Below, in pieces: positions 52,201-61,881 of a stretch of 64,000 nt of DNA (its first letter is position 1; each line of letters opens with the position of its first letter). The position numbers were made by a program, and so were the translations under genes. The DNA is from Lachnospiraceae bacterium (GTDB lineage Bacteria; Bacillota; Clostridia; Lachnospirales; Lachnospiraceae), in contig JAZQXN010000004.1 in NCBI GenBank assembly GCA_045632875.1, positions 40,030 to 104,029 on the forward strand. Reading direction: 5' to 3'. A model generated the notes under the pieces. The model was not told the DNA's origin. It saw only the letters and a program-made list of their open reading frames with translations, and did no database searches.

Positions 52201-52596
52201 TTACATATTGCCCGAATTCATGTTTTTAACTGCTCCGCGAAACAATGAAAAATCTGCCAACTGAAAATCCTTATAAAAATGCTCCGGCCAATTCGGCATC
52301 GGCCTGCAGGCCATAAACTTGTTATACGTTTCTATACAATTTTCAATCAATATGCAGGACTGAAAATATTCTTCTTCATCAAACGGCTTGTCTGATACCA
52401 CCACGGAGCGGTAGGGTATCTGGTTTGGTTTTATACTTCCTGCTAACGGATGGGTAACAATGCTATAGTGTCTGTGGGTATATTCCCGCACCCTATTAAG
52501 CACCTCCGGATAGGTACCGTTCTCCAGATAATCGGTCTTCATACCCTTCCACTGCGCCTTCGCGACCATAGGATTATTCGTCACAATGTAATACAT
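52201..52596 (-). CDS. grdX: GrdX family protein
   Basis: IVTNNPMV and THPLAGSIKPNQIPYRS; ATG 52596 follows AAGGAG. Confidence 0.88.
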   Translation of the reverse strand: MYYIVTNNPMVAKAQWKGMKTDYLENGTYPEVLNRVREYTHRHYSIVTHPLAGSIKPNQIPYRSVVVSDKPFDEEEYFQSCILIENCIETYNKFMACRPMPNWPEHFYKDFQLADFSLFRGAVKNMNSGNM

Positions 52597-52641
52597 TTTT
52601 TCATTGCTCCTTTTTACTAACATCAAATCACAAGCAGGGTT

Positions 52642-52680
52642 ATACTAACACATTTTCTTTACCGCGTCCAACGTCTTAGT
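52642..52680 (-). promoter_or_regulatory. Candidate promoter of the grd-sel operon
   Basis: TGGACG-N17-TAGTAT with a TG extension; shares 24/32 nt with the promoter region at 56663-56693. Confidence 0.45.
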
Positions 52681-52841
52681 GGATTTTTTTCATAATTTCA
52701 CATTCATCAATAGTTTATCAATATTTTGTCCACAATATTGGAAAAATCAGCCAAAATCAAGGGTTTGCGCGTTTTTTCCCTTTTTGTATTATACCCGTTT
52801 TTTGAAAGAAAAATCAGATATCTTTCACTTATAATAAATAA

Positions 52842-52888
52842 TGCACCTGGAAATGCTTAACAGATTTTTTCTCCGCATTTCAGGTGCA
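52842..52888. terminator. Terminator-like hairpin after the metal-chelate ABC operon
   Basis: TGCACCTG(G)AAATGC/GCATTTCAGGTGCA inverted repeat. Confidence 0.6.
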
Positions 52889-52914
52889 AATTGGTATTTT
52901 TTTATAAATATTCC

Positions 52915-53667
52915 TTAAATTGTAAATAGTATTTTTCCCTCAATATTATGTCCGGTTACATGAAATTCCTGTTCCAAAATTTTTTTCCTGAGAATTTCCT
53001 CTTTCGACCCCTGAAATACTATTTTTCCTTCTTTCAATATTAATATGTCATCTGCAATTTCCATGGCAGCGTTAATATCATGTAATACTACAACCACAGT
53101 TTTACCATATTCTTCCTTTAATTTTTTTAAAATTTTTAAAAACTCTGCCTGATATTCCAAATCCATAAAAGTAGTTGGTTCATCCATAATAATCACATCA
53201 GCATCCTGTGCCAATATCATGGCCAGATATACTTTTTGTCTTTCTCCGCCGGAAAGATTGTCCACATAGCAGCCCCTTAAATTTTGGATACCCATAGCCT
53301 GGATTCCACGCTCTACCGCCAATTCATCTTCTTTCGTAAAATGATGTCCCAAATCCAGATAAGGGTTTCTGCCCATTTTTACCAAATCTTCTGTCAAAAT
53401 ATGGGGATTCGCCAACACTTGAGAAAGAATTGATATGCTTTTTGCCCGTTCCCTGTCCGTCATACGGCTTAACTCTTTTCCATCAAACCATAATGTGCCG
53501 TCATACTTTCGCGACTGATTAATACAGGAAATCAACGTGGACTTTCCACTGCCGTTTTTTCCAAGAACAACGGTAATTCTATTTGGATTTACGGAAAAAG
53601 AAATGTCCCTTAATATTTCTTTTTTCTTTACTGCAACTCTTATGTTATTCCCTTTAAGCATTTTCAC
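52915..53667 (-). CDS. Type II (iron-chelate/cobalamin) ABC transporter ATPase
   Basis: GKNGSGKST, LSGGERQ, DEPT and VLHDIN. Confidence 0.88.
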   Translation of the reverse strand: MKMLKGNNIRVAVKKKEILRDISFSVNPNRITVVLGKNGSGKSTLISCINQSRKYDGTLWFDGKELSRMTDRERAKSISILSQVLANPHILTEDLVKMGRNPYLDLGHHFTKEDELAVERGIQAMGIQNLRGCYVDNLSGGERQKVYLAMILAQDADVIIMDEPTTFMDLEYQAEFLKILKKLKEEYGKTVVVVLHDINAAMEIADDILILKEGKIVFQGSKEEILRKKILEQEFHVTGHNIEGKILFTI

Positions 53668-54685
53668 CCCTCCTTAACAACAAAAACAAAAAGAAAGGCG
53701 CTCCGATCAATGCCATAACGATTCCTACCGGAATCTCTGTTGGAGCAAATATCACTCTACCCACCGTATCCGCCAATAGTACCAGACTTCCTCCCACAAA
53801 TATGGAATATACCAATTCCTTTTTCATACTTCCCTTTGCAAATCTTCTTGCAATATGAGGTACTATCAATCCTACAAAACCTAGCAATCCCGCAAAACTT
53901 ACTACCGCAGCAGCAGCGGCTGATGCGCACAGCAAACAAACGGTTCTCAGTCTCTTTACCCGGATTCCCAAAGATACTGCCATCTCATCCCCTAAACACA
54001 GGATTTTTATCCTTGAAGACAAAATCAAGGAAATCAACCCTGCAACAAAAATAAAAATAGCCGGGACAATCAACTCGTCCAAATTTACACCGTTTAAGCT
54101 TCCCACGGAAAAATGGTTATAGGTAGCCAAAACGTCTGCATCTAACAAAGACACAAATGATATTCCTGCATTTAACAAAGTTGTATAAATCAGTCCTGCT
54201 AATATAATCGTAACCTTTGACGTGCCCATACGACCCGCTGTCCACACAATCAGTAATGTTGTGCCAAATGCTCCCAAAAAGGCTCCTACAGGCAACCATA
54301 GGGCTCTGTGAGGCATCATATACAATAGCAGTATCATTACCAGACCTGCACCCGCATTTACACCGATAATATTTGGACTCGCCATTCCGTTATCCGTAAC
54401 ATTTTGAAGCAAAGAGCCTGAAACCGCCAGCCCTATGCCGGCTAATAATCCTGCCAGCATTCTTGGCAAACGGATTTGTCTCATAATAATGCTACCTACC
54501 GTATCTCCACCCAAAAACAAGCCTTCTATGCACTCCTTCAGGCTCATTTTTGCACTTCCCAGCATTAAGGCCAAAAGAATCATGAAGCCTAGTACCAAAA
54601 AAGCACCCACAAGGCATCCTATTTCTCCAATATTTTGTTTTTTATTTTCTAAAGATGGTTCAAAATTGTTCTCTTTTTTAGTCAT
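53654..54685 (-). CDS. FecCD/BtuC family permease
   Basis: IRLPR, ASPNIIGVNAGA, GFVGLIVPH and EIPVG. Confidence 0.9.
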   Translation of the reverse strand: MTKKENNFEPSLENKKQNIGEIGCLVGAFLVLGFMILLALMLGSAKMSLKECIEGLFLGGDTVGSIIMRQIRLPRMLAGLLAGIGLAVSGSLLQNVTDNGMASPNIIGVNAGAGLVMILLLYMMPHRALWLPVGAFLGAFGTTLLIVWTAGRMGTSKVTIILAGLIYTTLLNAGISFVSLLDADVLATYNHFSVGSLNGVNLDELIVPAIFIFVAGLISLILSSRIKILCLGDEMAVSLGIRVKRLRTVCLLCASAAAAAVVSFAGLLGFVGLIVPHIARRFAKGSMKKELVYSIFVGGSLVLLADTVGRVIFAPTEIPVGIVMALIGAPFFLFLLLRRGENA

Positions 54686-55634
54686 ATAGTATATCCATTA
54701 AATACTTATACGCCTCCGCCCAACGGGCATTCGGTTTGTATTGAAACAATTCCTTCGGCAAAAAAGTATAGTTTTCATTTTTTATGGCATCCAATGCCTG
54801 CCATTCTTTTTCTCCAAACAGTTTTGTCATATTTGCAATTGCAGCCTGTTCGTCGCCCATTGTAGATATGAAAATATAATCCGGATTTTTCAGCAGTATT
54901 TCTTCAATGCTTAATCCGTCTAATAGCAGGGGAATCTCATCGGCTATATTATATGCCCCTAATTCATCCAACATGGCACACACAAAGTTGTCTTTACCTG
55001 TTTTTGCTTTGGTTGAAGAAGCAGAAGACCCTGCCCTAATGAACAGAATCGTCTTTTTTTCCTTTTCCCCTGTCACTTGGGACAGAATATCCTGAATCTG
55101 TAAACGGACCTCTTCTCCGTTTTTCTGATAAGCTTCCTTATCTCCCGTAACATCCGTACAAATCTTTAGCATCTCCAAGTAATCCTCAAAATCATCCACC
55201 CGGAAACATGCCGCCGGAATTCCGTTTTGGTTTAATAATTCCGCCACCTGCACCTGGGCTTCAATATCTGCAGAACAAATGACAAAATCCGGCTTACTTG
55301 CGATTAACAGTTCTGTATTTATGGTCTTTCCTGCACCCTCGTCTACTAAAATGGCATTTTCATTCGCAAATCCGCGACTGACAGACTCTCCTACCGTAAT
55401 ATCCACATGTCCTCCGGCACTGCCCCATACATCTGCATAAGAAGAAAAAAGTACCGCTATTTTTTGTGGCTTACTATGAAGCACAATTGTTTCTCCTAAG
55501 TCATCCTTAAAAATGTAATAACTTTCATCTTGTCCTTTTTCTTCATCCGTACCCTGAATATTTTCTTCTCCTGTGCACGCTCCAAGCAACAAAGTCAGAG
55601 AAAGGATTAGCATAAATACCAATCCTTTCTTCAT
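54678..55634 (-). CDS. Type II ABC substrate-binding lipoprotein (BtuF/FhuD-like)
   Basis: Lipobox LGAC, DDLG and E...K/NPD repeats; start moved to ATG 55634. Confidence 0.82.
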   Translation of the reverse strand: MKKGLVFMLILSLTLLLGACTGEENIQGTDEEKGQDESYYIFKDDLGETIVLHSKPQKIAVLFSSYADVWGSAGGHVDITVGESVSRGFANENAILVDEGAGKTINTELLIASKPDFVICSADIEAQVQVAELLNQNGIPAACFRVDDFEDYLEMLKICTDVTGDKEAYQKNGEEVRLQIQDILSQVTGEKEKKTILFIRAGSSASSTKAKTGKDNFVCAMLDELGAYNIADEIPLLLDGLSIEEILLKNPDYIFISTMGDEQAAIANMTKLFGEKEWQALDAIKNENYTFLPKELFQYKPNARWAEAYKYLMDILYD

Positions 55635-55656
55635 CTCTGCATACTTTATAAAAAGA

Positions 55657-56607
55657 CTATTTTTCTGCAAGAATCTCATCTTTTCTCTCCAATAATTCAT
55701 TTGACAGTAACTGCTTCTGAACATTTTCAAAGCCCAACCGATTGATGGTGTCATTAAAACGTTCCCCTGCAATTCCCTGGTCACGGAACAGTAAAATGGC
55801 CTTTTCTACAATAGAAAGTACTTCCTCTTTATCTGTAAATATCTTCTCCAAATACTGTCCTCTGGCACATTTTTTGCCCCAACGGCCGCCGATATATACG
55901 CGATATCCATATACATACTCTTCAAACACGTGGAATGGACATTTGCCATCGCAACGGCCACAATGATTACAAATGGTATCATCTACAAACACTTTGCCGT
56001 CTACAACTTTTGGAACTCCAATCGGACATGCCTTTTCAATCTGGCAAACTTTACATCCCTTACATTTTTCCAAATCAATCTGCGGCACCTTTTGTCCTAC
56101 AATTCCCAAATCGTTTAAATCCGGTTTTACGCAGTTATTCGGACATCCTCCCACACCGATTTTAAATTTATGGGGAAGAACCACACTACGATAGCCTTTA
56201 TAAAAACGATTATGAATCTCTTCTGACAAATCAAAAGTATCTATCAAACCGAAATGACAGGTTGTTCCTTTACAAGACACAATCGGTCTGACCTTCTTTC
56301 CGGTCCCGCCGGTTTCCAAGCCATACTGTGCCAAATATTCTCTTAATGGCTCAATATTGTCATATGGCACGCCCTGAATCTCCATGGCTAATCTGGAAGT
56401 CATGGTAACATAGCCGCTACCGAATTTTTCTGCTGCCATTCCCACAATGGTACATTCTTTTGCCGTAATTTTTCCATTTCTGGTAATAACACGTCCATTA
56501 AAACAGTCCGGTGTAGTTTTATCCCACAGAAAGCCTAAAGCCTTCACCCTGGTTACATCTTCCGGAGCCACAGTACACACCGCTTTTTTCACCTGTACTT
56601 CACTCAT
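55657..56607 (-). CDS. AsrC-like siroheme-[4Fe-4S] sulfite/nitrite reductase with inserted ferredoxin domain
   Basis: SCKGTTC...LPHKFKIGVGGCPNNC siroheme/cluster motif; CKGC..C....CP and CNHCGRC...CP ferredoxin motifs. Confidence 0.8.
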   Translation of the reverse strand: MSEVQVKKAVCTVAPEDVTRVKALGFLWDKTTPDCFNGRVITRNGKITAKECTIVGMAAEKFGSGYVTMTSRLAMEIQGVPYDNIEPLREYLAQYGLETGGTGKKVRPIVSCKGTTCHFGLIDTFDLSEEIHNRFYKGYRSVVLPHKFKIGVGGCPNNCVKPDLNDLGIVGQKVPQIDLEKCKGCKVCQIEKACPIGVPKVVDGKVFVDDTICNHCGRCDGKCPFHVFEEYVYGYRVYIGGRWGKKCARGQYLEKIFTDKEEVLSIVEKAILLFRDQGIAGERFNDTINRLGFENVQKQLLSNELLERKDEILAEK

Positions 56608-56730
56608 GTTTATCACTCATCCTTTTTATTTTACATTCAAACTTCTGATGAATTTATTGTATCACATTTTCTCTTAGCATCCAACACCTAAGTCTGTTTT
56701 CTATCTTATTACACTCTTATTACATTCTTT

Positions 56731-58098
56731 TTACTCTCTTGATTTTACGGCAAAATCCACACCATTATCTTCCGGGTCGTCTTCATCGAATTTATAGTCT
56801 TTTCCCGGCAAAATCCCATTTAACAAGATTCCTGCAATCGCTCCAACTGCCAGCCCGGAAAGACTAATGGTAGCTCCTGCAATCTGGAATGAGATTGCCT
56901 TTGCCGCACTGTAGTTAATTCCAATGGATAATACCAGAATCAACGCTGCAATAATTACATTACGACTCTTCTCAAAATCTACATGAGTTTCCACGATATT
57001 TCGAACACCTACCGCCGAAATCATTCCGTAAAGTACTAAGGATACACCACCGCATGTAGCCGCAGGCATACATCCGATTATTGCAGCAACCTTTGGTGAA
57101 AATGAGAAAAGTATAGCAAATACTGCTGCTATACGGATAACCAACGGATCAAACACCTTTGTTAATGACAATACACCAGTGTTTTCTCCATAGGTGGTGT
57201 TGGCCGGTGCACCAAATAATGACGCCAACACGGTTGCCAAACCATCACCAAACATAGTTCTGTGTAATCCCGGTTCCTTAAAGTAGTTTATACCAACTGT
57301 TGAGGATATTGCTGAAACATCACCGATATGCTCTACCATAGTTGCTAATGCAATTGGCATAATGGTAACTATTGATGTAATAATCATAGATGCATCTCCG
57401 TTTTTCATTACGGAAAAAGCAGTTGCCTCCCAATGAATCGGGAATCCAAGCCATGCTGCTTCTGCCACCGGTGTGAAATCTACTTCTCCCATCATGATTG
57501 CCACCAGATAGGATCCGATAACACCAATAATTATTGGTACAATTTTCAACATACCTTTTCCCCAAATATTACAAATAATAACCAACACAATTGCCACAAG
57601 TGCAATAATCCAATTACTTGCGCAGTTATCAATAGCTGACTGGGATAGCGTTAAACCAATTGCTATAATAATCGGTCCTGTTACTATCGGCGGGAAAAAT
57701 TTCATAATTTTTCCCGTACCAAACACTTTTATTAACAACGCCATTGCAAAATATAATAGACCGGCACATGCAACACCCAAACACGCATATGGCAACATCT
57801 CCTTATTTGCAGTACCATCCACCATCGGAGCAATTGCTGCATAACCTCCTAAAAAAGCAAAAGAAGACCCTAAAAAAGCCGGTACTTTTCTCTTGGTAAG
57901 AAAATGGAACAATAAGGTTCCTAAACCGGCAAATAAAAGAGTCGTTGAAACATCAAGACCTGTCAACATAGGCACTAAGATAGTTGCACCAAACATTGCA
58001 AACATATGTTGTAATCCTAATAATAACATTTTTGGCACGCCTAATTCCTTTGCATTGTATATGCATTGATTTTCTGATTGATTTGTTGATTTTTTCAT
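56731..58098 (-). CDS. NCS2 nucleobase (uracil-type) permease
   Basis: GLQHMFAMFGAT, GSSFAF, EHIGD and TTYGEN. Confidence 0.9.
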   Translation of the reverse strand: MKKSTNQSENQCIYNAKELGVPKMLLLGLQHMFAMFGATILVPMLTGLDVSTTLLFAGLGTLLFHFLTKRKVPAFLGSSFAFLGGYAAIAPMVDGTANKEMLPYACLGVACAGLLYFAMALLIKVFGTGKIMKFFPPIVTGPIIIAIGLTLSQSAIDNCASNWIIALVAIVLVIICNIWGKGMLKIVPIIIGVIGSYLVAIMMGEVDFTPVAEAAWLGFPIHWEATAFSVMKNGDASMIITSIVTIMPIALATMVEHIGDVSAISSTVGINYFKEPGLHRTMFGDGLATVLASLFGAPANTTYGENTGVLSLTKVFDPLVIRIAAVFAILFSFSPKVAAIIGCMPAATCGGVSLVLYGMISAVGVRNIVETHVDFEKSRNVIIAALILVLSIGINYSAAKAISFQIAGATISLSGLAVGAIAGILLNGILPGKDYKFDEDDPEDNGVDFAVKSRE

Positions 58099-58165
58099 TA
58101 ATCATCCTCCTTCTATATCTCTTATAATTCCTCAAAAAATACAATATCTTGTATACTTTTATCAA

Positions 58166-58194
58166 ATTTTATATTCCAAGATACTTCATGTCAA
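58166..58194 (-). promoter_or_regulatory. Sigma-A promoter of the nucleobase permease
   Basis: TTGACA-N17-TAAAAT. Confidence 0.75.
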
Positions 58195-58293
58195 GATTTT
58201 TTTCCTTAGATATCATATTATTATTTTCCATTGTTGTAATAATATTGAATTTATGGATACATATTTTCATTACCTATTTTTGAACAAAACAAA

Positions 58294-58324
58294 AACCCTC
58301 TCAAACATAATGTCTGAGAGGGTT
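58294..58324 (-). terminator. Intrinsic terminator of the opp operon
   Basis: AACCCTCTCA/TGAGAGGGTT stem followed by TTTGTTTT. Confidence 0.8.
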
Positions 58325-58337
58325 AATATTTAGTTCT

Positions 58338-58709
58338 CTACATCATCATAACACATAATATTGAAAGAGCTATAAATACAGCACCAACAATTAACAAGTG
58401 TCCAAATCGAACTCTGCTACCGGTTTTTCTCATATGATAATCATAATAAGACTCATCCATCTTAGGATTCTTCCAGTCAGTAAGAGCTTTCCAAATAGCT
58501 TTCAAGCCATAACTGGCACCATTGAAAATTCCTTCATTAGCAACCAACACAAGAACTCCTGCTGCAAGCAGGAACACTCCCGGCACAAATAAGGCACTTG
58601 CTAAATCATGAAACGAAGTCAAATGTTCAGCAAAGTAAAGATATGCAGTAATAACAATACCGATTGCTATAGTAATAAAATATCTTTTGTTGTTTCTAAA
58701 AAATTCCAT
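58338..58709 (-). CDS. Small three-TM membrane protein (DUF3899-like) at the end of the opp operon
   Basis: Hydrophobic helices with a GIF...YG motif; typical opp-associated position. Confidence 0.7.
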   Translation of the reverse strand: MEFFRNNKRYFITIAIGIVITAYLYFAEHLTSFHDLASALFVPGVFLLAAGVLVLVANEGIFNGASYGLKAIWKALTDWKNPKMDESYYDYHMRKTGSRVRFGHLLIVGAVFIALSILCVMMM

Positions 58710-58721
58710 TACAATTCCTGC

Positions 58722-59765
58722 TTATTTGTTAATTTCCTGCTGATATTTTTCCATTTCAGCTGTGTTGCAGTATACAAAGTGATCCGGCGCTATTTCACGA
58801 AGGCTTGGGCCTTCTACTGAGTAGTCATGGTCAAGAGCCGGTGTGTACACGATTCTCTTTCTATGCTGCTCGTAGTGTGGGTCAGGCTGTGGAATTGCGG
58901 ATAATAATGCTTTGGTGTATGGATGACATGGATGAGCAAATAATTCATCAGAACTTGCTAATTCAACAATCTTACCAAAGTACATAACTGCAATTCTATC
59001 AGAGAAGTACTTAACAACGGAAAGGTCATGAGCGATAAACATAATTGTAAGACCCATTCTTTCTCTTAAGTCGTTAAGAAGGTTAATAACCTGTGCCTGA
59101 ATAGAAACGTCAAGAGCTGAAATCGGTTCGTCCGCAATGATTAATTCCGGCTCTAATACGATTGCTCTCGCAATACCGATACGCTGTCTCTGTCCACCGG
59201 AGAATTCGTGTGGATATCTGTCAGCATGTTCCGGTACAAGACCTACGAGGTCAAGCATTTCGATAACTCTTTTATCAATATATTCTTTATCTCTGATTCC
59301 ACGGATTGTAAGACCTTCGGAAATAATTTCACGAACAGTCATACGAGGATTCAATGAACCAACCGGATCCTGGAAAATCATCTGAATTTTATTGATATCT
59401 CTGGAGGTATGTGATTTGTTAATCGCAATACCTTCTTTGATTTCTTTTTTCAAGCGGGCAACTTCTTCTGCGTTTCCGGCTTTCTGAGCTTCTTTTAACT
59501 CTCTTTTAAGTTCCGGAATACCAACACCGATACATTCGCCGTTAAAGTGCACTTTTCCGCCTGTCATTTCGTATAATTTGATGATGGAACGTCCTGTTGT
59601 TGTTTTACCACAACCGGATTCACCTACCACACCAAGTACTTCACCTTTGTGAATCTGGAAGCTGACATCATCTACAGCTTTAACACTGGCACGAAGACTT
59701 CCGAAGTACTGTTTTAAGTGTGAAACGTCAAGTAAAACTTCAGCATCCTTAAAATCTTTACTCAT
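58722..59765 (-). CDS. oppF: Oligopeptide ABC transporter ATPase
   Basis: [28 protein letters not shown] and [12 protein letters not shown]. Confidence 0.92.
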   Translation of the reverse strand: MSKDFKDAEVLLDVSHLKQYFGSLRASVKAVDDVSFQIHKGEVLGVVGESGCGKTTTGRSIIKLYEMTGGKVHFNGECIGVGIPELKRELKEAQKAGNAEEVARLKKEIKEGIAINKSHTSRDINKIQMIFQDPVGSLNPRMTVREIISEGLTIRGIRDKEYIDKRVIEMLDLVGLVPEHADRYPHEFSGGQRQRIGIARAIVLEPELIIADEPISALDVSIQAQVINLLNDLRERMGLTIMFIAHDLSVVKYFSDRIAVMYFGKIVELASSDELFAHPCHPYTKALLSAIPQPDPHYEQHRKRIVYTPALDHDYSVEGPSLREIAPDHFVYCNTAEMEKYQQEINK

Positions 59766-61881
59766 TTCTCTGCGCCTCCAAATTCTTCATTCTAGCTATA
59801 CGTTCTGTTACAATCTTCGGAGGTTCAACCTTCGGAGCATCCGGATGTAACAACCATGTTGCTGCGTAATGTGTATCTGTTACCTTAAACATTGGCGGCT
59901 GTTTTTCATAGTCAATCTTAAGAGCATATCTATTTCTTGCCGCAAATGCGTCTCCAACTGGTGGAACGATCATGTTAGGTGGTGTACCAGGAATAGCTTC
60001 CAATCTTTCTTCTGTGTAGATATCAGGCATAGAAGAAAGAAGTGCCCATGTATATGGATGTTTCGGATCGTAGAAGATTTCGTCTACGGTACCTTCTTCA
60101 ACTATTTTACCTGCGTACATAACCGCAATCTTATCTGCCATGTTAGCAACAACACCCAAGTCGTGGGTAATGAAGATAACAGAAAGCTGTCTCTTAACTT
60201 TTAATTCATTAATAAGTTCAAGGATCTGAGACTGGATAGTAACGTCAAGCGCTGTTGTAGGTTCGTCACAAATCAAGATATCAGGATTTGCTGAAAGAGC
60301 AATAGCGATAACGATACGCTGTCTCATACCACCGGAGAACTCGAACGGATACTGGTTGTATCTCTTTCTTGCCATTGGAATACCAACTTCTTCCATAAGT
60401 TCAATAGCACGATTCTTTGCCATTGCCTTAGTAACACGGTATACCATCTTTGCACTCTGTTCTTTAATGAATTCTACCAATGCAACTGCATCTTTATCAA
60501 AGTCTTTTTCTACATTCTCTAATCTGTTTACATAGTTGTCTCTAAGTCTTGTAACAACAAGAATCATATTGCTAACTACAAGATTATAGTCTGTATTTTC
60601 AAATGCAATCTTTTCAACTCTGTTAAGATGTTTTTTGTCTTTTAATTTCATTGCATAAAGATATGCTGTAACTGCTGCATTCATAGCCGCTTTGAAAGTA
60701 TAAGCTGTACTGTCTTTTATAATTTCAACACGGTTAATGGATGCTTCAACATCTTTAATAAGAGCTTCTGTTCTCTTCTTAAGTTCTGCTCTGTCAATTG
60801 TTTCTGCATTTAAGAATTCTAACATTCTTTCTGCAGCATCTTTTGCAACAACTTTCTTTTCAGCAGATGCTTTATCAGCATATTTTAAACCTTCTGCAAT
60901 GTCTTTTAAGAATGCATTTAAGAAGTTTGCTTCCAAAAGTTCCTGTGCCATTTTGTTCATAGCCGGGATATCTTTTGCAAGTTCTTCTACTGTCTTTGCA
61001 TTATCTGCATAGGTTAAGTAATATCCTAAACCGAAGAAGTTTGGTCTTTCTTTTGCCTGAACTTCTTTCAAGGTTTCTTTTAACTGTTCAAGAAGTTTAA
61101 TGAAATCTTCGCCTTCTTCAGACTTATTGTAAGCTGCTGAAGTTGCTTTAATTTCATCTAATAATGCAGGATAAGCTGCATTGTCTTCTGTCACAAGGAA
61201 TGGATTAACCACGCCTTTAGCTTCTTCTAATAATTCTTTGGTTTTCTTTACAACAGCTGCTTTCTGCTTACCGATAATATCGATACGCATTCCTTCAGCG
61301 TCAGAAAGTGTACCTTCCAATTTGTCATAAGAAGCATTGTAAGCCATTTCATACTTATTGCTTACTTCAATAAATTTCTTCAAGATTGCAACGTTTTCTT
61401 TTGCTTTTGCTGCTTTTGCTGCTTTTTCTGCATCTGCACCATAAGCATTTACCATTGCTTCTTCAATTAATTTAGTAATATTTTCAAAACGATGTTTTGC
61501 ATCTCTCTGGGTAGCTTTACCATTAAGAATCATCGCTTCTGTTAACTGTTTACCAATCTTAACAATTGGGTTTAAGCTGGACAATGGATCCTGGAAAATC
61601 ATAGAGATTCTGTTACCACGAAGTTCATGGAACTCTTCTTCTGAAATCTTCATAAGGTCCATTCCGTCATAAAGAATTTCGCCGCCTTCTACAATTGCGT
61701 TTGGAGCAAGGATACCCATCATAGCTTTCGCTGTTACTGATTTACCGGATCCGGATTCACCTACGATAGCGATGGTTTCACCTTTATTAAGATTAAAGGA
61801 AATATCTCTTACAGCCTTAACTCTTCCGTTATTTGTACGGAACGAAATTCGTAAATTTTTAATATCAAGTATTCTTTCCAT
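59758..61881 (-). CDS. oppD: Oligopeptide ABC transporter ATPase with an approximately 360-aa helical insertion
   Basis: GESGSGKS and FQDP in the N-terminal part; [21 protein letters not shown] and HPYTWALL in the C-terminal part. Confidence 0.9.
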   Translation of the reverse strand: MERILDIKNLRISFRTNNGRVKAVRDISFNLNKGETIAIVGESGSGKSVTAKAMMGILAPNAIVEGGEILYDGMDLMKISEEEFHELRGNRISMIFQDPLSSLNPIVKIGKQLTEAMILNGKATQRDAKHRFENITKLIEEAMVNAYGADAEKAAKAAKAKENVAILKKFIEVSNKYEMAYNASYDKLEGTLSDAEGMRIDIIGKQKAAVVKKTKELLEEAKGVVNPFLVTEDNAAYPALLDEIKATSAAYNKSEEGEDFIKLLEQLKETLKEVQAKERPNFFGLGYYLTYADNAKTVEELAKDIPAMNKMAQELLEANFLNAFLKDIAEGLKYADKASAEKKVVAKDAAERMLEFLNAETIDRAELKKRTEALIKDVEASINRVEIIKDSTAYTFKAAMNAAVTAYLYAMKLKDKKHLNRVEKIAFENTDYNLVVSNMILVVTRLRDNYVNRLENVEKDFDKDAVALVEFIKEQSAKMVYRVTKAMAKNRAIELMEEVGIPMARKRYNQYPFEFSGGMRQRIVIAIALSANPDILICDEPTTALDVTIQSQILELINELKVKRQLSVIFITHDLGVVANMADKIAVMYAGKIVEEGTVDEIFYDPKHPYTWALLSSMPDIYTEERLEAIPGTPPNMIVPPVGDAFAARNRYALKIDYEKQPPMFKVTDTHYAATWLLHPDAPKVEPPKIVTERIARMKNLEAQRNE

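Noticed and set aside
52600-52914. Glycine riboswitch or Rex box upstream of the grd operon
   Set aside because: No glycine aptamer motifs, the predicted leader is too short, and only poor half-matches to the Rex palindrome
55635-56730. Cobalamin riboswitch for the BtuFCD-like transporter
   Set aside because: No B12-box or room for an aptamer upstream of the binding protein or the AsrC-like gene; the substrate remains unassigned
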